A stretch of DNA of 64,000 nucleotides from Octopus bimaculoides. Taxonomy: Eukaryota. Positions within the stretch are counted from its first letter, which is position 1; the number at the start of each line of letters is the position of its first letter. Position numbers and translations under genes: made by a program. The stretch covers positions 32,157,309 through 32,221,308 of the forward strand of contig NC_068987.1 in the NCBI RefSeq assembly GCF_001194135.2. The letters are read 5' to 3'. Positions 12,851 to 24,480 of the stretch are shown in pieces. The notes below the pieces were generated by a model, which saw only the letters and a list, made by a program, of their open reading frames with translations, ran no database searches and was not told the DNA's origin.

Positions 12851-14095
12851 TTGGATCATGAACAACCTTCTACATCAACTGATTCAGCAACATCGTGGAG
12901 ACAAGGGAAAAAGCATGGCATAGACCTCTACAAACTTTCCCTCAAATTATTTGATGAAGAGTCAGCACTTGCTTGTTGCCAGGAACTTGGGCTCCTAGCC
13001 AAACAAATGCGTTGCCCATCTTGTAAAACTGTGCTGAACAAAATTTACAAAGGGAAGCAGGCCGGAAGATCTCACTCAGAGTGCAGGTTTCAGTGCAACA
13101 AGAAAAGCCGTAAGAAGGCGGTAAAAACCCAAATACCACTTTGGAAAGGAACTTGATTTGGCCATAACAATTTGTCTCTGCAGAAGTGTCTGCTATTGGT
13201 TTACTGTTTCATTCACAAGTTGTCATATAAGCATGAAACATTTTAGCATGTCATATAAGTTGTCACATAAGCATGTCATATAAGTTGTCATATAAGCATG
13301 AAACATATAAGCATGTCATATAAGTTGTCACATAAGCATGTCATATAAGTTGTCATATAAGCATGAAACATATAAGCATGTCATATAAGTTGTCATATAA
13401 GCATGTCATATAAGTTGTCGTATAAGCATGTCATATAAGTTGTCATATTAGCATGAAGCAAGCATTTCATCGACAGACAGTGACTCTGATAATGACAATG
13501 TGTTAGCAACATCCATGGAAACCACCATAGAAGATTATTTTTCATACTGTCGTGAAGTCCGTCAGTGGTTGGTAGAGACAAAACTGCTTACAGACCAACC
13601 CATTGGTGGCCCAGGACTTACAGTCGAAATTGATGAGTTGAAATTAGGCAAAACGAAGTATCATCGTGGAAGATTTGTAGAAGGACAGTGGGTATTTGGA
13701 GGCATATGCCATGAAACCCAGTAAACTTTTCTTGTTGCACTGCAGAATAACAAGCGGGATAGGGCCACACTGGAACCAATCATTCTCCAGCACATTAAAC
13801 TTGGCACAACAGTAATGAGTGACTGCTGGAAAGCATATGACAGTCTTGGAGCTTTCAGTTTCCAGCATCTCACTGTTAACCACAGCTACAACTTCGTGGA
13901 TCCTCTCACCGGAGCTTACACGAACAACATGGAAAATCTGTGATGGCAAATCAGACACCAAATGAGTGAGACATATATGGCATGCAAACCTCACCAGCTA
14001 TATGTGTGAATATATGTGGAGGTATGTGCACAAGGGAGAAGATCTGTTTCAAGCATTCATGCAGAATGCTGGCAAACTTTACAAGCCACAGAGAT
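12851..14095 (+). pseudogene. Merlin / IS1595 (ISXO2-like DDE) transposase remnant
   Basis: N-terminal CPSC zinc ribbon, then IGGPGLTVEIDE, KYHRGR, GQWVFGG, VMSDCWKAY, HLTVNHS..FVDPLTGAYTNNME; internal stops and a minisatellite insertion. Element ends not found. Confidence 0.92.
13217..13457 (+). repeat. minisatellite (25-nt unit, 65-nt higher-order period) inside Merlin transposase
   Basis: Unit gcatgtcatataagttgtca(c/t)ataa; a 25+25+15 block recurs at 13246, 13311 and 13376. Confidence 0.95.
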
Positions 14096-14712
14096 AGGTA
14101 AGAATATTAGTTTTATACACCTAATAGGCTGTTTCTTATCTTTCTACCATATTTCTCTCTCACACACACAGACCATTTAGGTTTGAGTTTTGTGCCACAC
14201 AAGCTGGATAAGTGTCTTCTATTATTACTTTGTGCTGACTAATGTTTTGTGAGTGAAACTGGTAGATGAAAACCAAAGTCTGTCATATGTGTGCATGCAT
14301 GTGCAAGTGAATGTAATTTCAAATCTCTCTATTTAGTTGACAATTTCTGATTAAAACAAGCTTTCTACCACTAGTTTTCCACCTAGTTCTGTAATTTGTA
14401 CTTTTGGTGTTTGAGAACCAGTGAAATAAAGAAACGTACTATACTAAAAATTAAATTATTTTTGTATTTTTTCTTGTTGATTACAGCAAAATGTAGACTT
14501 TTTTTAAAAACGGTTTTTTTCTTGGAGCTGGTTTAAACAACTACAGAGTTTTGCATTGAATCCCAATCTGTGACACTTTAAGGAAATGTCTGAGAGTAAA
14601 ATTTATTTAATAAAAACAATGGAAACTGTGTCAAATCTGTGAAAGTGAACATTCCTGAGAAGCTTAATCTGACACTTGTTTAATGTCACCATCTTATTCT
14701 TGGGTGCCTTAA

Positions 14713-14896
14713 CCCTTTTGCTACCATATTTCTGCTGATATACATTGCCTCTGTTTAAAGTAATTTTGGGAATAATGAAGATTTTGACATTATTAAGCTA
14801 TTGTTTGGAACATAAATTTACTTATAATTTTGGTAGGAGATTTTAATTTAGACCACTTTAAAACATGAAGTTTATATTATGAGAGCTAGGAATGAG
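14713..14896. mobile_element. piggyBac-type MITE
   Basis: TTAA|CCCTTTTGCTAC...GCTAGGAATGAG|TTAA. Confidence 0.7.
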
Positions 14897-15026
14897 TTAA
14901 ACAGTGTCCATTCTGTGGCAAACATTGGACCAAATTGCTGAACAGATGATTTTTTTCTCTTCCTTCCACCATCCTCAAAACTCCTGCAGTAATTGTGGAT
15001 GGAGCCCTTTTACTTCTAATGTTGTT

Positions 15027-15407
15027 GGCACTCCGTCGCTTACGACGTTCGAGGGTTCCAGTCGATCTGATCAACGGAACAGCTTGCTCGTGAAATTAAC
15101 GTGCAAATGACTGAGCACTCCACAGACACGTGTACCCTTAACGTAGTTCTTGGGGATATTCAGCGTGACACAGAGTGACAAGGCTGACCCTTTGAATTAC
15201 AGGCACAACAGAAACAGGACGTAAGAGTGAGAGAAAGTTGTGGCGAAAGAGTACAGCAGGGTTCACCACCATCCCCTGCCGGAGCCTCGTGGAGCTTTAG
15301 GTGTTTTCGCTCAATAAACACTCACAACGCCCGGTTTGGGAATCGAAACCACGATCCTATAACCACGAGTCTGCTCCCCTAACCACTGGGCCATATCGCC
15401 TCCACGC
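15027..15407 (-). mobile_element. SINE family C, full length (partial copy 33897-34205 -)
   Basis: Head GCGTGGAGGCGATATGGCCCAGTGGTTAGGGG...GTTTCGATTCCC; 3' tail ggaaccctcgaacgtcgtaagcgacggagtgcc; poly-T adjacent. Confidence 0.9.
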
Positions 15408-15584
15408 TTTTTTTTTTTTTTTTTTTTTTTTTTNNNNNNNNNNNNNNNNNNNNNNNNNNNNNNNNNNNNNNNNNNNNNNNNNNNNNNNNNNNNNNNNNNN
15501 NNNNNNNNNNNNNNNNNNNNNNNNNNNNNNNNNNNNNNNNNNNNNNNNNNNNNNNNNNNNNNNNNNNCCCCCCCCCCCCCCATC

Positions 15585-15760
15585 TAATCCGGAAGTCCTG
15601 TATGCTGCCCTTTTACCTCTAAATCAGTGAGGTACTTCCCTCTTCACTAAAGACAAACTCAAAACGGAAAAGATGTGTGAAACAATATTAATTTTAAAAC
15701 TGATTTTTACTCACTTTTAACTTGCGTTTATAAAGTTACCTCCCTTGAAATAATCCAGCT
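15585..15760. promoter_or_regulatory. possible promoter/first-exon region
   Basis: ETS-type CCGGAAGT near 15589, GGGAGGTAAC motif on the minus strand near 15735, minus-strand GTGAGT donor near 15710; adjoins a gap flanked by a poly-C run. Confidence 0.25.
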
Positions 15761-16372
15761 CTTTTTAGGTAGAATATTGTTATTTTGAATTCCTGTCAGT
15801 AGTTAAACAATTCTGGTGGTGGTATGTTAGTAGTGGAGGGGATAAAGAGTGTAATCGATGATAGACAAACTTGCAAATTATTGAACTTATTGATATCAAA
15901 GACAATATCCCTCAAAAGAATTTCTACTGAAGCAGAAATCCAAATGAACTATTTTTGTCACTGGCATGAGCCTAACATACTTAGGTAGTTGATTTATGAG
16001 ATATAACAGCCAAATCTCCCTTAAAATCAGTCTGATGTCATAGATAAAGAAAATATACATTAAAAAATATAGCCCTAGGTAACCCTAATTCGATGGGATG
16101 GTCATGGATGGGATACTTTTCCTCATTAGCCTACTTGGTCAGTTCTAACCTAGGGCTGAACACTACCACAACAACAACCATATTGGTTGATAGATGGCAG
16201 TCATATTATTAAAACAAGAGTTTCTATAGCTATTTGACCAGGTGATTTGGTGGTTGAATTCCTGAAGTTTGTGTTGCATTAGGGTATTTCATTCACATTG
16301 CAGATACCTTGAAAACTTTTTTTTATGTACTATCTGATATATCAAGGTGATGTACCATACCTTTTATCATTA

Positions 16373-16520
16373 GGTGCAGGTGTGGATGTGTGGTAAGAAG
16401 TTTACTTCCAAACCATATGGTTCTGGGTTCAGTCCCACTGCATGGCACCTTAGGCAAGTACCTTTTACTAAAGCCTTGGGCTGACCAAAGCCTTGTGAGT
16501 GGATTTGGCAGATGAAAATC
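16373..16520 (+). mobile_element. SINE family A 5' part (other partials: 3630-3740 -, 4876-5090 -, 5355-5510 -, 18782-19000 +, 20030-20178 -, 22470-22590 -, 22600-22982 +, 25870-26000 +, 45385-45530 +)
   Basis: Same head/core or tail motifs; copies in the left 25 kb show CpG-to-TpG decay. Confidence 0.85.
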
Positions 16521-17169
16521 AAGTGAAGTACTCCCAAACTTCTAGATCAAAGGTTCTCTAAGTGGGTGCTACCACCCCAGGTAGGCGCCGGTGCCTAAGA
16601 GGGAGGTTGGGGTGGGGGTAGAGAAAAAGGAGGCGTTGGGAGGAAGGAAGAGGCTGTTAGTTTCATTCTGTCCATGCAAGTATGAAAACTTATCTGGTTT
16701 TCTTACCTCCACTTAACAGGGCTGACATTCATCAAATTTTTGCAACTTTAGAGACACCAGTTGCTATTAATTCTAATTTGGTGTCCCTAATATAGAATTA
16801 TCAAAATTTGGTCGTGACATTTGCAAACACATACACACTCATGAAAAGAATCTTGGAGTTGACAAGAGACCTGGTGTTTACAGACCTCATTGGAATGTTC
16901 CTAAAAGATAAGTGCATCTTTGTTGGGTGTCCATCATTGACAAGACTAAACAAGGTTGAAATCACACAATCTGGCAGTCTCAGTGTTGAAGATAGCATGG
17001 TTTTATCTCACTGCTAGTGATATAAACAAGAGTGCATCTTGCATCAAAAAGCCAATATGATCTCATGGTAACTACCACAATATAGTTTGTTCTAACAGAA
17101 CATCCATGTTTAAAAAAAAAAAAAAAATAATAATAATAATAATAACAATAATAATGATGATGATGATGA

Positions 17170-18770
17170 TGAAATTATTGTATACAGTGCTCAGGTGCAC
17201 TACAACTTGTCAAAAGTGCATATAAAGCATATGCAGTAATGTACAAATGTCTGGAAAGTGAACAGTGTATGAGTCAGATACATGCTTGCATGTGTATGGA
17301 GGGGAGAAAATCAGGTGTAGTGTTGGCGAATCTCAGGAAGCATGGAAGTATTGAAGGATGTGGTGCTCCAACAACTAACAACTGATGCTGGCAGTTTGTT
17401 CCATACTTCAGCAACTCTTAGCATGAAAAAATGTTTCTGAAAGTCATGGGAGCTGTGCTGTTTTCTGACTTTGTAAACATGTCCACAGGTGTTAGACAGG
17501 TGGAATTTGAAAAGATGCTCAGAGTTATTGTTAGTAAGATGGTTAATAATTTTATGGGTGTCTGTCAAATCAGCTGCCAGATGTTGGAGTTTCAATGTAT
17601 CCATGCCCAGGGAAGTAAGACGTTCAGAGTATGGCAAATGCCTGAAGGAGGGTATTCTCTTGGTTGCACGTCGCTGAACGGTTTCCAGACGGTTAATATC
17701 CTGGGCAAAATAGGGGTTCCAGACTGGTGATGCAAATTCCAGGTAAGGCTGCACCATAGCTATATAAAGCCTCAGAGAGCTAGCCGGAGAGCGGCTCACA
17801 AAGGACTTGGTAAGTGATGCCAAAACACCCTCAGCTTTCTTGGCAATTTTAGCAATGTGTTTTGTCCAATGCAAATTGCTGTCAACAATAATGCCCAGGT
17901 CATGTTCACAAGAAGACTTTTGGAGATTAGTGTTGTGGAGGGAGTAAGTAGACGCTGGGTTTTTCCTCACAAAATGCATGGTGGTACATTTGTCCACCGC
18001 CAGCTTGAGTTGCCAGTCTATGATCCATTGCTGCATTGTGTCCAGGTCTGATTGCAATAAAGATCTATAGTGTACAGGATCTGTCCTCTTTATTTCAAGG
18101 TACAGCTTGATGTCATCTGCATATTTCAGCACTGTGGCATTCTTTGAGTTGGCATCTATGTCATTAATATATGCAACAAATAAAAGGGGGCCAAGAACAG
18201 ATCCCTGTGGTACACCAGATGTCATCTCATAGGGTGAAGAGTGCTGTCCTAGAACTGTGACAGCCTCTTTTCGGCCGATAATGAAGGACTTCAACCAGTT
18301 ATAGAGCTCATCACTTACACCCATTGCAGAGTGTTTCACCATAAGTCTTTTGTGTGGCACAGAATTAAAAGCCTTAGCAAAGTCCTGGTAAACAACATCC
18401 ACCCAGGAGCTGCCATTAGTGATTTGGGTAATGTCCTCAAGAAACTCGATGAGTTGATTACAGCAGCTGGAGTTAGGAATAAATCCAAATTGTGACAGCT
18501 GGATGAAGCTGTGAGACTTCCAGAAGTTCCAGAAGGTTTCTCTGACACAGGATTCCATCAGTTTGGTGATGCAGCTAGTAAGACTGACGGGGCGATAGTT
18601 AACAGGTGATATGCGGTCACCTTTTTTGAACAGAGGGATAACACTGGCAGTTTTCCACTGCTCTGGAGTAACACCATTGCCAAGACAGACAGAATTGAAA
18701 GAATAGTGAGAGTTACTTCAGAAGAAAGTACCCACCACGTTTGAGAAGTAGGTATGTAACACCATTGAGA
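17170..18770 (-). mobile_element. CR1-clade LINE, 5'-truncated, with 415-aa RT ORF (17311-18558)
   Basis: QFGF, YQDFAKAFNSVPH, SGVPQGSVLGPLLF, YADD, DLGIIVD, ETVQRRATK, WNKLP motifs; short 3' UTR and (CAT)n/(TAT)n tail; no endonuclease present. Confidence 0.95.
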
Positions 18771-19077
18771 CCAGGAGATGGCAACTGAAAGAAGCCCGTC
18801 TGTCTTTGTCCCTCCACCATTGCTTGACAACCGATGTTGGTGTGTTTACGCCCCTGTAACATAGCAGTTTGGCAAAAGAGACCAATAGAAGAAGTGCTAT
18901 GCTTACAAAGAATAAGTTCTGGGATCGATTCATTCGACTAAAGGCGGTGCTCCAGCATGGCCACAGTCAAATGACTGAAACAAATAAAAGAATAAAAGAA
19001 TTCTCATTTATTTTTTTAATTATTACAAATTTTTATTTTTCCTTATTTATTTGTATTATTTTCTATATTCCTGTACC

Positions 19078-19563
19078 ACATACCACACACACACACACAC
19101 ATGCACATGCAGACATACACACACCACACACACCTGCATGCATATACACACACACATGCATGCCCACATATAATGTCCACACTCTTGGCTACACTAATGC
19201 ACCTCACACTCCACCTCACCACTCTCTCCTGCATGCACACAGACACACACATGCATGCACACACATATGAATGCACATATATCTCCACACACACAACACA
19301 TACAATGCAGACACACATGCACACATGCATGTACATACACTTCTACACACATCCTCACACATTCATAGACATACCCCCCACACACTCACACGTACACACA
19401 CACAGATATATATACAGAGAGAGACAGACAGTGGCACAGAGAGAGACACACACACACATACATACATTCCCACTCTGTCTAGGCACACATGCCGACACAC
19501 AGCCTTCACACTCTCTTCACACAGCCCCTGACTCACTATTGATCCTTCCATCAATGCACACAT

Positions 19564-19599
<36 letters not shown>

Positions 19600-19900
19600 C
19601 CACACCCACCCATTCACACACCTGTCACTATAGCTACTGACCTCTCAGAGCCACATTAACACACATGTACACAGATCCTAAAACACACACACACACACAC
19701 ACATACACACACACACAGACTACTCACACAAACACAGTATCACATACACACGCTACCACACACACACACACACAATCACCACACACACAGTTACCACCAC
19801 ATGCACACATGCTACTACACACACATATGCAATTACTGCCACACACACACAAGCTACCATACATACACATGCTACCATACACCACACACACACACACACA
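19078..19900. repeat. long (CA)-rich low-complexity tract
   Basis: Degenerate CACA/CATA repeats; source of many spurious H/T-rich ORFs. Confidence 0.95.
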
Positions 19901-20209
19901 TTGACCAACCATCTTCACACTCTCCTGTCCCAGAAAGCACTTTCTCTTCCTCCTACTTCCGGTCACTTCAGCAATGTAACCACACATGGACTGTTGGCAA
20001 TTTTTCCTCCTTCCTTCTTTCCCTTTGGACTTTCCTGTTTCCTCCAGTTTCCATCCACCAAATCTACTCATAAAGCTTTGGTTGGCCCAAGGCTATAGTA
20101 AAAGACATTTGCCCGAGGTGACACAAAGTGGGACTGAATCCAGAACCAAGTGGTTGGGAAACAAACTTCTTACACACACACACACATGCACACACACACA
20201 CGCACACAC

Positions 20210-20266
<57 letters not shown>

Positions 20267-20436
20267 GGTAACTTTTAACTGACTGAAATTTAATAATCTT
20301 ATTTTCAAAATATTACTTTGAGGTCTCTTATTTGAACAGCATTTTCAAATTTCTGGATACTTGGATAAGAGAAGTCATGTAATGTTGAGACCTGCTGGAG
20401 ATTTCCTAATGGTCAGCTTGTTTATTTCTTGACTAG

Positions 20437-20530
20437 GTATGCGGCCGGAGTACAAGTCCAATGAAGCAGTTTACAAGACTCAATCTAATCTTGTCACACA
20501 GTTCCGCACCACCAAGTTCTTAGGGACTTT
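20437..20530 (+). CDS. candidate internal exon (xMRPEYKSNEAVYKTQSNLVTQFRTTKFLGT), unknown gene
   Basis: Acceptor tttatttcttgactag, donor GTAAGT; single open frame (phase 1 to phase 2); retains CpGs in otherwise CpG-poor unique sequence. Confidence 0.55.
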
Positions 20531-20709
20531 GTAAGTATTTAGACCAGATCCTTGATCTGAAGATAAGTCACGATTCATAGTTTCTTTGACCTCTTTCCTT
20601 CAGCATTATCAGAGGCTCTACAAAACAAGTAGCAGCTGATGCCTGTCTTTATTTCCTGAAGCCATGATAAAAATAAAATTGAGGCACAATTGTTGCTGTG
20701 TGGTAAGAA

Positions 20710-20942
20710 GGCGGCAAGCTGTCAGAATCGTTAGCACGCCGGGCGAAATGCTTAGCTGTATTTCGTCTGTCGTTATATTCCGAGTTCAAATTCCGCCCAG
20801 GTCGACTTTGCCTTTCATCATTTCGGGGTCGATAAATTAAGTACCAGTTACGCACTGGGATCGATGTAATCGATTTAATCCATTTGTCTGTCCTTGTTTG
20901 TCCCCTTTGTGTTTAGCCCCTTGTGGGCAATAAAGAAATAAG
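20710..20942 (+). mobile_element. SINE family B, full length
   Basis: ggcggc(g/a)agctg..cagaatcgttagcacgccgggcgaaatgcttagc head, gagttcaaattcc B box, gtcgactttgcctttcatc body. Confidence 0.92.
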
Positions 20943-21063
20943 AAGTTTGCTTTTAACCACATGGTTCTGGGTTCAGTCCCCATCATACCTTGGGTAAATA
21001 GCTTCTACTATAGCCTTGGGCTGACACTGAAATAATCCTGTTGTATGTATGTATGTATGTGTG

Positions 21064-21298
21064 TTATTTCTTTACTACCCACAAGGGACTACACACAGAG
21101 GGGACAAACAAAGACAGACAAACGGATTAAGTCGATTATATCGACCCCAGTGCATAACTGGTACTTATTTAATCAACCCCGAAAGGATGAAAGGCAAAGT
21201 CGACCTCGGCAGAATTTGAACTCAGAACATAGCGACAGACGAAATACCGCTAAGCATTTCGCCCGGCGTGCTAATGTTTCTGCTAGCTCGCCACCTTA
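21064..21298 (-). mobile_element. SINE family B, full length, inverted relative to the 20710 copy
   Basis: Reverse complement of 20710-20942, including the same tail variant. Confidence 0.92.
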
Positions 21299-22989
21299 TA
21301 TGTGTGTGTGTGTGTGTATGTGTGTGTGCGTGCGTGTGTGTATGTGTGCGTGCATGTGTGTGCATGCATGTATGTGTACATGTGTGTGTGTGCGTGTGTA
21401 CGTATATTAATGTGTCTTTGCCTTGACATCACCTGTTAATTGTAAATGACTGTTACCATAGTGCTAGCAGTGTCCTTTGTTTCCAATATTCTGTGAAAAC
21501 ATGGTTGGTCATGGGGAAATGTTACCTTACTTGAAAACTGGTGAAGGTTGGAAAAATCTGCCTCAACAAATTTGGTCCAGCCTATGAAAGCCTGAAAAAC
21601 GGATATTAAAATGATTTCGAGGATGTTGGTATGATCTTTCTCATGAAACTTTCCTGTATTGTCTCTGGTTTCAACTTAAAAATTACTGTTTCCATGTCTT
21701 GAAATATTAGCAAAATTATTTCTATTACTTCTTATTTATTTCTTACTAGATTTTACCTATTTTCTTTCTAATTTTTTAACAAATCTTTATTTTTAATTAT
21801 CTTTCCTTCTTTTCCCTTCTCTTTCTTCTTTTCCGCTTCTAAAATGTAAATAGAATAGGCATAATTACTTGAGTAATTATATTTAAATATTACACATGGG
21901 GAAAAAAACTGTATAAATTTCCATTATTCAATTGTATTTATTAGCCATATGTTGAATTATTTCATAAAAATTTATAAATAAATATTATGAATATATCTAT
22001 AAATATTATGAATATATTTATAAAAATTAAAAATATTCATAAATATTTTAATATAAATATTATATTTGATAGATATTTAATCTTGCCAATTCCTAGGATA
22101 GCCTGCATATAGAATCTAACTAAAGTAATTGCATTATATTTTAAAATATAAATTGAGAAGAAAATTACTGATTTGGTAGAAAATGTAGCCAAGTATCTCC
22201 AATTTCCTGTAGAAAACTCTTGATTTCAGACTTGCATTTTCTTTCAGCATTTCTTGTTAATTCCATTTCAGCTTTCTTTTGTAGAAAACTCTCTCTAAAT
22301 CTTTTTTAAGAAACTATTATTATAACTTGGTTATTAAAAATTTGCAATCTGTAAATTTAGAATAAGTAAATAAATAAATAAATGGTAAGAATTATTGTAA
22401 TGAAATATTGATTATTTTTAGATTTTAAGTAATCAATATTTATGTACTATGGTATATGTAAGCCAGGTTTCTTCAATTTTTCTCTTCCATTTCCACTCAG
22501 AAAGCTTTGGTTAAGATATGCCTAAGGTGCCATGCAGTGGGACTGAACCTAAAACCACAAGTTAGTGGAAAGGGAACTTCTTAACCATGCAATGATGACT
22601 GAACCTTGTGGTTGCATGGTATAGCACTTTGGACAAGTGTCTCTGACCAAAGTCTTATGAGTGAATTTGGCAGACGGAAACTGAAAGAAGCCCTTGTATA
22701 TCTACAGTTATATGTATATATATGTATGTGTGTGTGTTTGTCTTTGTGTCTATATTTGTCCTGTACCATTGCTTGATAACCAGTGTTGATGTGTTTATGT
22801 CCCTGTAACTCAGCAGTTTGGTAAAAAGAAAAAAAAAAACTGGTAGAATAAATATCAGGCTTAAAAAAAAATAAGCACTGGTGTTGATTCATTTGACTTT
22901 AAAAAATCTTCAAGGTAGTACCTCAGCATGGCCACAACCTAATGGCTGAAACAAGCAAAAGATAAAAGATAAAAGATAAAAGATGTATA

Positions 22990-23600
22990 TATATATCTCA
23001 ACCAGACGGCCTTTGCAGGCTGCTAAGACCAGACAATTTCAGGCACTTAAGCTGATCACCTTGTCCACTCAGACTGATCACTTTGAGCATGAAACAATTT
23101 TGGACACACATACACAATGTGCCATAGCAAACTTTCTGCAGAAACAGCATGATTCTTGCGTCCCAGTTAGCAGTTATATTACCAGCATTTTTCTTTTGTT
23201 AACAGCCAATGCAGTGAATCCATGTCCAGCAATAAATATGTTAAAAGTTAAAATTTTGTGAGTTGCTTCATTTATTATACATGCAGACAGCTAGACCACA
23301 CAATGATGGTTTTCTACAATACAACACACACCAACAAGCAACCACCATGACATTGGTGACCAAGCATCATTACCAGGGCTTTAGTTTCATTCATTCTATC
23401 AGCTGTGGGCTGGAAGAGGCCTTGTGGCAGTCCCTACACCAGATGGCTGGATGTGATTGGGGAAGATCTCCAGATGCTTGACATCACCTTGGAGGATGCA
23501 GGACCACCAGTGATGGAAAGTACTGGTGGACCTGGCTGGTTCTATGCATGATGATATCTCTGGGACTACTAACTTGGAATGACCCCAGCCCTATCAAGCA
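22990..23600 (+). mobile_element. RTE-like LINE 3' fragment
   Basis: GWKRPCGSPYTRWLDVIGEDLQ matches the RTE C-terminal KRPRGRP..RW.D motif. Confidence 0.65.
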
Positions 23601-23779
23601 AGAACATGAAGCCAAGCCTTATATATATAATTATATATACATATATATGAATATATAGACAGTACTTGAGGTGGACAATGTTAAGTTCTATTCCTATTAC
23701 TCTCTCTCTCTCTCTCTCTCTCTATGTCCTTTTTTCTCAGCTTGCCTAAGGTCCTATTACACCTCTTGTGCAACCCAGT

Positions 23780-24480
23780 TTGCACTGGGAACACCATGTG
23801 CAATTCCTATCTACTTCTTTTCTGAATATCAAGCATAACGATGTTCTGGATGACAGCAGAGGCCTGATTTCTGTTTTTCTGATTAAAACTTTTATCTTTT
23901 TCAGACCTACTTTCAGATCTCTTCATTCTAGATTTTGCTTTCATATTTGCAGTTTCTTCTCTAAATCTTTGACTGATTCTTGTGTAAGAACAAGGCCATT
24001 GGCACACAGGAGTTCCATGGTCAACTGGTCTTAAGCACCTTTCTTACAACCTGTAAAACTGCAACAAACACTAGCGCCTGATAACCAAGCCCCAATGGAC
24101 ACCTACCTGCATACTAAGTTCCTTAATTTACTCATTGTCTGAATCCCATTTTACTGTCATCATCTCTGTACATGGCTTGCTCAACTCTCACAAATCATTT
24201 ATCTCCACTTTTCTTAAGAACTATGAAACTACAGAGCATGGGACCCTGTGAAAAGCCTCCAGATCAACAAATGTTAGGTGTAGTGATTTACTCTTAGCTA
24301 AGTACTTTCCTTGTTGTTTTCTTTAAAAGTAGACATCAGTAGATATTTCACTGACTTTCGACCAGAAGACACTGGAAATTGCTCAGTATTTCTATAAGTA
24401 CCATTGCACTTGATGTTAGGAGATATTTATCATTCGTCATATGGAGAAATATTCCTATGTTATTTTAGTTACCTGTAGCA
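23780..24480 (-). mobile_element. RTE-clade LINE RT fragment
   Basis: Broken frames read LTFVDLE-AFHRVP, VGVHWG, PWELLCANGLVL (decayed YADD region), KDLEKKLQ. Confidence 0.85.

Noticed and set aside
13217-13457. Regularly spaced repeats as a possible CRISPR array
   Set aside because: No unique spacers, eukaryotic context and derivation from the surrounding transposase.
12563-14570. Putative Merlin TIRs (tgtgacaga / tctgtgaca)
   Set aside because: Match too short, does not start with GG and has no TSD.
16790-17017. Possible exon (ELSKFGRDICKHIHTHEKNLGVDKRPG...) and a kinase-like ARLCDFNL on the minus strand
   Set aside because: Weak donor (GTGTTT), stops in the frames and no other kinase motifs; not supportable.
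18869-20308. Many H/T- and C/V-rich ORFs (also 263-593, 31334-31961, 38906-39262, 61612-61956, 62738-63263)
   Set aside because: Translations of CA, TAC, CAT and CAG/CCG microsatellites; no splice or start context.
22170-22310. 45-codon minus-strand open stretch (KRFRESFLQKKAEMEL...)
   Set aside because: AT-rich, internally duplicated gagttttctaca, weak splice sites.
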